Origin: Macrostomum lignano
Lineage: Eukaryota
Assembly: GCA_002269645.1 (NCBI GenBank)
Contig: NIVC01005162.1
Location: 1 to 24,177, forward strand
DNA: 24,177 nucleotides
Reading direction: 5' to 3'
Shown here: positions 9,766 through 18,175 of the stretch, piece by piece
Position numbering within the stretch: the first letter of the stretch is position 1
Layout of the letters: each line of letters begins with the position of its first letter
Program-made: the position numbers and the translations under genes
Notes under the pieces: generated by a model
What the model was told of the DNA's origin: nothing
What the model saw: only the letters and a program-made list of their open reading frames with translations
The model's database searches: none

Positions 9766-10445
9766 ATGGATACCGTTCAAGACTACAATAGTGTTAGGAT
9801 CGACCTATTCTCTCTCAAGTCGAGAGGTCCAAGCTACAACGGAACCGAGACGTACGACATTGAGTACGACGAACAGGGCCCTCTCTATCTTGCCAATGCG
9901 ACGCCCGTACTGATTGTCAAGGGTGTGAGAACCGACAATGAAGGCCGCGAATTCATCATTCTTTCCCAAAAGCACTTGGAGAGCTGCATACCAGAAGCGT
10001 TCAATTCCGTGTGTCACCAGCTCTCTATCCAAGGAATGGCGCTATTGGGGTACAACCCCACTTTTGGCTGCGACAGCGCTGCATTCGGATTGGCTCACGA
10101 CTTTAAAATGTACGACAAGAGCGGCAAGTTGTGCACCGACTACAAGAACAAGACGGGCTACTATAGAGTACTGTTCGCCCTAGACACGGCGGTGATTCAC
10201 GACTCGGTTCTAACCGCGGTACCAAAATTCAACAACTGCAATTCATAGAAGCTCCCAAGCAGGCGTTTGACCGCTGCTACTGGATTCCACCGTTAAAAAT
10301 CAAGGTAGGACGCAAGCGCGGAGCTGGTGGAGCTGAGCGGAAACAAAAGCAACCGAAAAAACCGCTTGCAGAACGTCGTGTGCGTAAACAGGGTGTTTTG
10401 CGCAAGGTGGAACCACCTACCGAACTTGGACTGGGCGCGCGCTAG
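9766..10445 (+). CDS. Putative OB-fold single-stranded DNA-binding protein, frameshifted near 10224
   Basis: DIEYDEQGPLYL...GV...FIILS and FKMYDKSGK...YYRVLFALD resemble viral OB-fold SSBs. The -1 frame continues KIQQLQFIEAPKQAFDRC (a typical last strand) into a basic tail ending at TAG 10443-10445. As given, the reading frame stops at 10248. Confidence 0.5.
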
Positions 10446-10845
10446 AACGTTTCATAGACCCCGGGCATTGTACAACCTGAGGATCGGAAAGTGTACAATA
10501 AACTTTTTCAAACGTTCATTATCTGCCATTGTTTTTGGTTGCCAATCAACCAACGATGTGCTGCGTCTTTTTGCTCAATGTAAACCAAACTCTGTTGTTA
10601 TCACTACCGGTACTTATCGTGCAGAAGTTAATGTTAAGCCAAACTTTTTCCGCCTTGCCAACTCGAGCTCGCGCTGGGTTGAGTGGGAGAGTGAGGTATT
10701 CAATGGGCTTGTAATAAAGTCCCCATTCCGCAAGGCCAAGTGCCTGCTGTGCGGAAAGAATGGTCGGTTAGTGTTCCTAGGAATACGAAACTATGACGAA
10801 CTGTGTAAAATGTACGACCACGTGACTGCTATTCTGCAACTCTAA
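10327..10845 (+). CDS. TATA-binding protein (TBP)-like protein with two TBP repeats; start unresolved
   Basis: Repeat 1 LQNVVCVNRV...INFFKRS..IVFGCQS compares with TBP LQNIVSTVNL...LIFSSGKMVCTGAKS. Repeat 2 EWESEVFNGLVIK...GRLVFLG...ELCKMYDHVTAILQ compares with SYEPELFPGLIYR...GKVVLTG...EIYEAFENIYPILK. No in-frame ATG precedes the domain. Confidence 0.75.
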   Translation: MELSGNKSNRKNRLQNVVCVNRVFCARWNHLPNLDWARARTFHRPRALYNLRIGKCTINFFKRSLSAIVFGCQSTNDVLRLFAQCKPNSVVITTGTYRAEVNVKPNFFRLANSSSRWVEWESEVFNGLVIKSPFRKAKCLLCGKNGRLVFLGIRNYDELCKMYDHVTAILQL

Positions 10846-10910
10846 TTATGCTTTGCTTATAAATAAACAAAATATGCACATGTATGCACGCAATGCTTAC
10901 CACCTTAATA

Positions 10911-11273
10911 ATGACAAACGGAATTTCTCGTCTTTGTTCTTGCCGTCGCGAGCTAGAGGAGCTCGGTGACGCGCGACCACATCGAAGGAGGGCCATTATT
11001 AGGGGAGCCGATAATGAGTTGATGCAGTGTCTGTGCGAGTTAAGCCACAATGTACTCAAGGGCAATATCGATCTATCCCCTAGACAGTTTGCAAGGTTGA
11101 AACGTTATAGAGAAGCCCTGCATGACATGGCCGACAAAAAACTGTCTATAAATAGGAAGAAGAATATGATACTATCGGACCCTCAAGTTGGAGGATTCCT
11201 ACCAATTCTCGCCAAGATTGCTGCTCCGTTAATCACTGGACTGTTTGGCGGTCTGCTAGGACAACGACGTTGA
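10911..11273 (+). CDS. Conserved small Polinton protein with adenovirus pX/mu-like hydrophobic C-terminus
   Basis: RRAII..AD.ELMQCLCELSHNVLKGNIDL...LKRYREAL...QVGGFLPILAKIAAPLITGLFGG. This is a familiar Maverick ORF pattern, and the GGFLP tail resembles adenoviral pX. An alternative ATG lies at 10884. Confidence 0.75.
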   Translation: MTNGISRLCSCRRELEELGDARPHRRRAIIRGADNELMQCLCELSHNVLKGNIDLSPRQFARLKRYREALHDMADKKLSINRKKNMILSDPQVGGFLPILAKIAAPLITGLFGGLLGQRR

Positions 11274-11275
11274 AA

Positions 11276-11857
11276 ATGGACAAGTACGTTGTGGTCCCCG
11301 AGGAGGAATTCAATCAGCTTAGACAGGGTACTCCGCGAGAAATTGCCCCAAAATCGGAGTACGAAAAACTTGTAGAGTACAATGCAAAGCTACAGACCCA
11401 ATTGGCTAAAGTAAAACCCCAAAAGACGACAAAGCAGCTATTTTCTGATAGGCAACAACGTATATGGAATATACTAACAGAAAAGCACCCCAGCCTAAAT
11501 TACAACCAATCGTGGGAAGTCGTTTTTGATGGTGAAACTTGGGGTGGCAGCAACGTTTTTGATCTTCTACAAGCCGTCACCACCAACACTAATAATCACC
11601 CGAAATATTCGACCGCTTTCTGGGCTCTGCTAGACAAGGCCCGTATACCAATGTCTATGCTCGGTCGGAAACAGCTCCCTGTGGAGGAAAAGAAGGTTGA
11701 CCATATGGTTGGTACCGATGATTACCGCGATGAATATGAGCACACAATTGCGACAGACACCCGCGATTTAACGACCACGCGCAACAAAGGTGTAAATGCT
11801 ATGCCCAACTTGTGGATCAAGGTGCCGGGATGGGTAAATATCACGATTACCAACTAA
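11276..11857 (+). CDS. Conserved Polinton hypothetical protein
   Basis: MDKYVVVP..., YNQSWEVVFDGETWGGSNVFDLL...P.....FW..L...RIP resembles an ORF commonly found upstream of Maverick integrases. Confidence 0.7.
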   Translation: MDKYVVVPEEEFNQLRQGTPREIAPKSEYEKLVEYNAKLQTQLAKVKPQKTTKQLFSDRQQRIWNILTEKHPSLNYNQSWEVVFDGETWGGSNVFDLLQAVTTNTNNHPKYSTAFWALLDKARIPMSMLGRKQLPVEEKKVDHMVGTDDYRDEYEHTIATDTRDLTTTRNKGVNAMPNLWIKVPGWVNITITN

Positions 11858-11931
11858 GACCGCCCGGAACCGAAAATACGATACTCTTTATAAATAGAAC
11901 CCTAATCCATACATAACCGCGCCCGGCGGTC

Positions 11932-12210
11932 ATGGGCGCAGCAGCCGCCGCATCAAAGCTTTGTGTAGACAACTCCCCAGCCGACATTACGTGCAACTAT
12001 TCATGCTGTGCATCCACACTTGTTGTCAATGAGGGCTCTAACCGCTCTTCGTCGAGTTTACGAACAAGGAGCCGCCGCTTTTTCAAATGCTGCCCGTGTC
12101 TATCAGGAGGCCAAACGTCTGGCGCCAAACCTGACAAGACGCCAAACCAGGGAATGGCTAGAAACCCAACCGAGTTACACCCGTCACCGGAGAGTCAACA
12201 GGACATTTAA
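11932..12210 (+). CDS. Small Cys-rich ORF (MGAAAAAS...) overlapping the integrase 5' end
   Basis: First ATG after TATAAATA (11889). N-terminal MG and a CNYSCC cluster. The 3' part overlaps the integrase in another frame. Confidence 0.35.
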   Translation: MGAAAAASKLCVDNSPADITCNYSCCASTLVVNEGSNRSSSSLRTRSRRFFKCCPCLSGGQTSGAKPDKTPNQGMARNPTELHPSPESQQDI

Positions 12211-13108
12211 AACGGGAAAAGTAATGTCGGGAGGATTCATGGAAACTCTACAAGCCGATTTGATGGACATGTCGCGATACAAACGTTGGAATGACGGACA
12301 TAAATATATACTAGTTGTTATTGATGTGCTTAGTAAGCAGGCTTTTTGTAGGGCAATTAAACTAAAGAGTGATACCCCCGCAGCGTTTGAGTCAATGTTG
12401 GCGAATGATTTCCCTGCCCGCCCCCTTTACCTGCACGTGGATCGGGGTACCGAGTTTTATAATCAGCGAATGCGCCGCATACTAAAAGACAATAATGTTA
12501 AAATGTACAGCACCAACTCTGTGTACAAGGCAAACATGGCCGAGAGGCTGATTAGAACTCTTCGAAAGCGTCTGGCTCGCTACTTTGAGCACAACAACAC
12601 GTGGCGTTGGGTTGACTACTTACCCAATTTGGTAGGTAATTACAACAACACGACGCATTCTACTATTGAGATGAAACCGTCAAGTGTAGGGTTCCACAAT
12701 CAGAAGCGTGTGTGGGAAAAGCTCTACCCGGATCAGCAAAAAGACGACCCCGTATATAAAAAGGGGGATTTTGTGAGAATTTCGAAATCTCGCCGGGCAT
12801 TCGACAAGGAGGCGTACGACATGTATAGTGAGGAGGTGTACATTATATCCAAAGTTTGTCCTGGACCCCCACATTTTTATCGTATTTCTGATTTGTCTGG
12901 TGAAGTGATTGAGGGACGGTTTTACTACAATGAACTGTCCAAATCTACCCGACCCGAGCGTTTTGTAATCAATAAAGTTTTGCGTAGAAACGTGTTAATA
13001 AATGGTGTTGCGCACCATTACGTTAGCTGGCGCGGTTATCCCGACACTTTTAATTCATTTGTACCTGTAAATGAAGTTATAAATATACGTCAACGTAATA
13101 ATAACTAA
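12029..13108 (+). CDS. Retroviral-like (rve) DDE integrase with C-terminal chromodomain (Maverick c-integrase)
   Basis: Catalytic triad in LQADLMDM, LHVDRGTEF and ANMAERLIRTL, followed by W...L...V..YNNT.HSTI...P. Chromodomain-like INKVL...HHYVSWRGYPDTFNSFV. The ORF is intact. Confidence 0.95.
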   Translation: MRALTALRRVYEQGAAAFSNAARVYQEAKRLAPNLTRRQTREWLETQPSYTRHRRVNRTFKTGKVMSGGFMETLQADLMDMSRYKRWNDGHKYILVVIDVLSKQAFCRAIKLKSDTPAAFESMLANDFPARPLYLHVDRGTEFYNQRMRRILKDNNVKMYSTNSVYKANMAERLIRTLRKRLARYFEHNNTWRWVDYLPNLVGNYNNTTHSTIEMKPSSVGFHNQKRVWEKLYPDQQKDDPVYKKGDFVRISKSRRAFDKEAYDMYSEEVYIISKVCPGPPHFYRISDLSGEVIEGRFYYNELSKSTRPERFVINKVLRRNVLINGVAHHYVSWRGYPDTFNSFVPVNEVINIRQRNNN

Positions 13109-13111
13109 TGC

Positions 13112-14251
13112 ATGGCTACCATGCATCTCTTTCTGCCTAGCAATGCGTGCCCCGAGCACTATCCCGAAAATAATCCGGCTCATTATTTTATTAATTTACC
13201 GGACACTCTCCACTTTCCGAATCATGAGGTTTGCCTCGAACGGATCTACTTTACCAAAGAATTTGAATCTTTCAAAAAATCTATACCGATCACCATTCGC
13301 GAACAGGAGGGCCTCTTGACGGCTTCGTCGTTTGCAAACCTTTGTCTCGCAGCGGGTCTGAAAACCCCTGAAGAATGTATTTCCGGCTTTCTAAACGGTA
13401 TCCGATACGTTGAAGGGGATAATAAGAAAATTGTCTTTTTAAGAACATCCCCAACCGCCTTTATGATTGTGAATACTTCAAAATCCACCGTCGGCATCAA
13501 ATTCCCGGATACCCTACCCAAGGTGTTTAAACTAGTCGCCGGCTTCGAGTCTAATGAGGATCTACCTACTGAACTCGTATTACACGCGGGGTGTGCAGCC
13601 TCCATCACCGCAGTTGTTGAGGAACCGACTGTGCAGTCAATGGACCATGCTCCAATAATAAGACAAGTTACTAGCGCAGCGTCTGATCAAATATTTTTTA
13701 TGCAGGGAGGATACTATAGTACACCTAAAAGATGGTGGAGGAACTCAACGAATTTAATTTGGAAACGGATCAAAGATCTCATAGCGGCTCCAGCACCTAG
13801 AACGGACTTTTTCGGATACAGCGAAGTTACGAATAGGTGTTATTACATTGGCTCGATGGATTACATGTTTGGGCTGGGGCGCTTGACCAGCGTGCTTGGT
13901 TTCCCAGAGCATGATTATACAACCCCATTTTTCGGTATATCGGATTTCTACGCAAACGCATCAATGGAATTAACCGGTGGAATACAAACAATGTACATCT
14001 ATTCGAGCATAGTCGATTCTGTTATTGTAGGAGACGTTAAAGTTCCTCTGTTGGGAGCTATACCGATGGATCCCAAAGTTCAGGGCGGTCGCGAGTACTA
14101 CGAGTTTGTCAATCCGGCATATCTACCGCTGGTTAAGCACCCATTCAAAACTATTGAAGTACAAATTAACGATGATATGGGCAGGGATATGACAAAAGTA
14201 ATGAGGGGCAAGACCGTCTTGAGCGTTAACATCCGCGAAAAGAAGCTATAA
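13112..14251 (+). CDS. Minor capsid protein (penton, single jelly-roll)
   Basis: N-terminal LFLPSNA...YPENNP..YFINLP...EVCL and C-terminal MYIYSSIVDSVIVGDVKVPLL...Y.PL....FKTIEVQINDDMG match Polinton minor capsid patterns. A local frameshift pair near 13727-13800 is possible (alternate frame reads MVEELNEF). Confidence 0.85.
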   Translation: MATMHLFLPSNACPEHYPENNPAHYFINLPDTLHFPNHEVCLERIYFTKEFESFKKSIPITIREQEGLLTASSFANLCLAAGLKTPEECISGFLNGIRYVEGDNKKIVFLRTSPTAFMIVNTSKSTVGIKFPDTLPKVFKLVAGFESNEDLPTELVLHAGCAASITAVVEEPTVQSMDHAPIIRQVTSAASDQIFFMQGGYYSTPKRWWRNSTNLIWKRIKDLIAAPAPRTDFFGYSEVTNRCYYIGSMDYMFGLGRLTSVLGFPEHDYTTPFFGISDFYANASMELTGGIQTMYIYSSIVDSVIVGDVKVPLLGAIPMDPKVQGGREYYEFVNPAYLPLVKHPFKTIEVQINDDMGRDMTKVMRGKTVLSVNIREKKL

Positions 14252-14294
14252 ATAAACAGCACAGCCTCAGTAAACTATATCCTAGTGCTTAATC

Positions 14295-14639
14295 ATGCCT
14301 TCTATTCTGATTGGTGGAGCTTTGCCTGTTTTCGCGGGCGCCCAGAGGGGCAACGGTTTGTTTGGAAGCATTGCCCGCTTCGCGCTGCCAATTCTAAAGA
14401 GTTTTGGTAAAAACGTTCTCCGTCATGGTACTAGAGCCCTAGCAACTACTGTTAACGATAGCCTCGAGCAAGGAGGCAATTTGAAAGAGTCTGTCCTGCG
14501 CAATTCTGTTCAGGCTGCCAAGGACGCCTTTAAAGACACGGTTACCCAAAGGGGTAGCGGACGAAGAAGAAAAAAGGCTCCGAAGCGTCTCAATTCAGAC
14601 ATTTTCAGCACTATAAATAAAAAGCCCCGCTTCAATTAG
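14295..14639 (+). CDS. Small basic virion protein with amphipathic helix (pVI/cupiennin-like)
   Basis: QRGNG is followed by the amphipathic LFGSIARFALPILKSFGKNVLRHG. A second QRGSG precedes the basic tail RRRKKAPKR. Confidence 0.75.
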   Translation: MPSILIGGALPVFAGAQRGNGLFGSIARFALPILKSFGKNVLRHGTRALATTVNDSLEQGGNLKESVLRNSVQAAKDAFKDTVTQRGSGRRRKKAPKRLNSDIFSTINKKPRFN

Positions 14640-14668
14640 ATTCGCCGAATCGAGTCTGTCTACTAAAC

Positions 14669-15949
14669 ATGTCCGAGTGTCTGTGTACAAAGTCCGAGTT
14701 TGAGCTCTTTGCCCCTCGAGCCCACCAGATTGCCGCTGTAGGTTCAACTACTGAAGAAATCCACCCGGTTGCCAGCGTCGAAAATGCGAGTGTGGTCGAG
14801 TTTAGAATTGTGGGCGGCGAGACGTTTGTCGATCTTAATGACATTGATCTCGAGATTAAAGGTTGTATTAAAGAGCTAATGGAGCCGATTTGGCGGCGGA
14901 TTCAAACGTGGCGCCAATCAATTACCTCTTGGAGACCATGTTCAAAAACGTGTCTCTTTCCATAAATGGTACACATATCGAGTCTAGCAACAACAACCAT
15001 GCCTACAAGGCGTACATTCGTACATGCTTGAGTTATGGGTCTGATTCAAAGTCTAACCAACTGCGGATGATGGGCTACGCTAAAGACGCTGGGGGTCAAA
15101 TGGCTGCGGTTGGAAATCCTGGCTTTGTAACTCGCAAGGCGATGGCTGCCGGTTCTCGAACATTTCATCTGTATGGCCCTCTTAGTCTCGACTTTTTTGT
15201 CACCAACGATCGTATGCTGCTACCCTACACTGATATGGTGGTTACGCTCACTCTGCAAAATTCGGGATTCGTTGTAGAGAATCACGCCGAAGGGGTTGAT
15301 GCAAAGTTGGTTCTTCAAAGTGCAAAATTACACGTTCGTCGGGTAAAGGCTAACCCCCAACTGGCCTTGGAGATTGAAGAACAGCTGTCAACTCAGAATG
15401 CAGTCTACCCCATCGAGCGCCTCGTTGTACACAACACCTCTGTCGCTGTAGGAGTTCGCGACGTGTCAATCAATAATATTTTCCCGGAGCAGAAGCCTAA
15501 ACTTGTCATTATGGGATGGTCAATAGTGCCGCATATAACGGGGTGGCCACCCATAATCCGTTCAATTTCGAGCCATTTGGGGCGGACAGTGTGGCCCTGT
15601 ACAAGGACGGGTCAGTCTGTGCGGTCAACCATTCACTCCAAGGTTCGCTGCCCAAAACTATGCTCGCGAATACGCCATGCTGTTTAAGAGCCTAGGGAAA
15701 ATGAATCGCGATTTGGACATTGACCTGTCATATTCGGATTATCGCGCTGGTTACTGCTTATTTGCGTGGAATCTAATGCCCGACATGGAACTGGGTGGAC
15801 ATAGCATGCCTCGCGAGAGAGGGAATCTTACCCTACAGATAAAGTTTTCTGCAGCCCTACCTGCCGGGATTAACGTTTTGGTGTTTGGTTACTTTGACAA
15901 CGCGGTGCAAATCACTAGAGGCCGCCAGCCCATTCTGGACTACGTATGA
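14669..15949 (+). CDS. Major capsid protein (double jelly-roll, hexon-like), broken by at least three frame switches
   Basis: KSEFELF...P......VEFRI...VDLNDI; VAPINYLLETMFKNVSLSING; FHLYGPLSLDFF...LLP; MVNSAAYNGVATHNPFNFEPF; YCLFAWNLMPD...GNLTLQIKFSAALP..INVLVFGYFDNAVQI. Frame switches occur near 14872, 15515 and 15610-15625. Confidence 0.88.
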
Positions 15950-16382
15950 ACACGTTGGAAATTTTGGAACGTTTAAAACTACCTGTGGAAGTGCGCGTTT
16001 GCCCTCTTGACAGAATTCCTGCACCTGTTTACCCTGCTGCATATGTAATTAATTTTGACACGGGTAATCTGCCAGGCACCCACTGGGGACTGATTTGCCT
16101 ACACGATGATAAGAGTGTGACATTTTTTGACCCCTGTGTATTGAACCCGTGCCGGAATTGCTCTCGGCTTGGATCTCGAAGCATGTACATTCACCTGTTG
16201 CTATGAATCGCCACCCTGTTCAACACCCTCTAAGTGTAGCGTGTGGGCCGCATGTGATTTTTGTGGCCGAAAAGCACTTTTTAGAGGGGTTGTCGATTGA
16301 AAAGATTTTAAGGGAATGTTACTCTACCAATCTGCTTGAAAATGATTTGATGGTTCGAAAACATGTTCTACAAATAAAATAG
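15946..16382 (+). CDS. Adenain-like cysteine (maturation) protease, one frameshift near 16136
   Basis: YVINFD...PGTHW (His), FFDP (Asp) and VQHPLSVACG (Gln, Cys). Adding one G restores FFDPCGIEPVPELL. ATGA overlap with the MCP stop. Confidence 0.88.
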
Positions 16383-16416
16383 TTTTTAATATTTGGAGTG
16401 TCAACTCGCCCTGAAA

Positions 16417-17046
16417 ATGTACCAAACAATTGATCCTGACGCTCTAAAGTTTGCTCCAAATACTTCGGCGATTTTTGCTGGTGTTAACCAGAGCGGAAAA
16501 ACAACTCTTGTTAAAGAATTGCTGCGAAACGAGTTTTTTCAGGACCCTAAGCCTGTTCGCGTTGATTGGTTTGGGCACTATCCAGACCCGGAACTGTTTG
16601 AATTACCGTACCCTGTCAATTTTCGCTCGTCTACATTTAACCCTGAAACCTATGTTCCCGCTCCGAATATTCTACTCGTTGTCGATGATCAAATGCAAGC
16701 CATGGAAAAAAACGCTGCTTTTACCGCATTTTTCACTCGCAAAGTCAGCCATGTGGGATTCCGGCTTTGGTACCTTGTACAAAACCTGTTTGCCAAGGGC
16801 AAGGAGCACCGCACTCAATCCCTTAACGCAAACTACCTTGTATTGTTCCGCAATGTACGGGACGTTAGTACAGTCGCCCATATTGCAAAGCAGCTTGTCC
16901 CCGCTAACCCAAAAAGTTTTGTTCAAATGTACGAAGACGCCACTAGGGAGCCCTACTCCTACTTGATTGTTAATTGCTTGCAGAACGCATCTGTTCGCTA
17001 CTATGCTAATGTGTTGGGGCGCTACCCCGTAGTCTATGCTAAATAA
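16417..17046 (+). CDS. FtsK/HerA (A32-like) genome-packaging ATPase
   Basis: Walker A GVNQSGKT, Walker B LLVVDD, then FTRKVSH...LVQNLF, RTQSLNANYLVLFRNVRD and YEDATREPYSYL. Intact, with AATAAA at the stop. Confidence 0.93.
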   Translation: MYQTIDPDALKFAPNTSAIFAGVNQSGKTTLVKELLRNEFFQDPKPVRVDWFGHYPDPELFELPYPVNFRSSTFNPETYVPAPNILLVVDDQMQAMEKNAAFTAFFTRKVSHVGFRLWYLVQNLFAKGKEHRTQSLNANYLVLFRNVRDVSTVAHIAKQLVPANPKSFVQMYEDATREPYSYLIVNCLQNASVRYYANVLGRYPVVYAK

Positions 17047-17125
17047 AACACTGTTGGAGAGCTTTGCTCTGTTTGCCGGATGGCCTGAACCTGAAACAAC
17101 TAAAATACGTGTTTTTTCTTTTCAA

Positions 17126-17796
17126 GTCCTCTGCAGCCTGGGGAGCTCTCTATCACTCACCGCCGGTCTGTCCCACGCCTCCAGACTGGGCCGCTCTCTC
17201 CGCGGGGGGTGTGATTCATACTGCCTCTCTGTCCACGCCGCGTGCTGCGACATGCCAGGGCAGCGCAGGGTGCCTCCACGCACTCTCTGTCCCAGCACCC
17301 CGTGTCTCTTTGTACCCCACCTCATACTGCTACAGGGGGCCGCCTGTTATCTGTCCCTTGCTACAGGGGGATGGCGGCTCTCCACGCACTACCCCTCCTG
17401 CTACAGGGGCTGCTCTCTGTCCCCAGCTACAGGGCTGCTCTCTGTCCCCCGCATGGGGGGCCGGTTGCTCAGTGTACAGGGCTGCGTCAGCATCGGGGGT
17501 TTCCTTCCTACACTAACCGCGTGCACACGACATTGGTGGGAGGGGCGGGAATCCCCCCGCCGGATGTACACCCGAGGGAGGCCCATGCGCTGAAGGTACA
17601 CTCGCTGGACGCCCACCCTGCCGGATGTACACTCGCAGGAGGCCCACCCCGCTGGAGGTACACTCGCTGGACGCCCACCCCGCTGGAGGTACACCCCGGG
17701 TGTACACCCCGAGGGAGCACCTTGCCGCGGTGCTAGAGGCCGACATCAGCCCGACGGACCTTCGCAAAATCAACGGATCTGCCGGCCCTTAGTAGT
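17126..17796 (-). repeat. Right terminal inverted repeat
   Basis: Ends CCCTTAGTAGT and is the reverse complement of the left TIR. Confidence 0.93.
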
Positions 17797-18000
17797 CCTG
17801 TGATCGTGAAGCCTATATGGAGCTCAAGCGTTTCAGACAAGAGAAAAAAGTTTTAAAGCTCTTAAAACGAAAGAGCTAGAACCCATCTAAGCAGGAATTG
17901 AAACCTAGCCAAATATGCCAACTACCAACTACAAACCTTACTGACGCAATCTACAACACACCTGACGGAAAACCTATGCAACCTAGATTCCTAGAACCCA

Positions 18001-18175
18001 CTAAACTGAAAACCTACACAACCTGGAAGCCACTAAACTGAAAACCTACGCAACCTAAAACCCACTAAACTGAAAGCCTACGCAACCTAAAACCCACTAA
18101 ACTGAAAACCTACGCAACCTGAAACCCACCAAACTGAAAACCTACGCAACTGAAAACTAAACTGAAAGCCTAAAC
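18001..18175. repeat. 32-bp A/C-rich minisatellite, about 5.5 copies (CTAAACTGAAAACCTACGCAACCTAAAACCCA)
   Basis: Units start at 18001, 18033, 18065, 18097 and 18129, with a partial unit near 18157. Confidence 0.85.

Larger units (their letters stand above)
7274..17796 (+). mobile_element. Endogenous Maverick/Polinton (adintovirus-like) element lacking a DNA polymerase gene
   Basis: Long TIRs enclose rve integrase, packaging ATPase, adenain protease, and major and minor capsid genes typical of Mavericks. No pPolB ORF is present and no target-site duplication was seen. Confidence 0.92.

Noticed and set aside
7996-13108. Bacterial contaminant or prophage (Fic), or LTR retrotransposon (rve integrase)
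   Set aside because: The genes lie inside TIRs with Maverick capsid, protease and ATPase genes. There is no RT/RNase H or LTR, and intron-containing host genes flank the element.
17036-17773. ORFs of 70-185 aa after the ATPase
   Set aside because: They lie in the right TIR and are reverse-complement twins of the left TIR ORFs, with no protein motifs.
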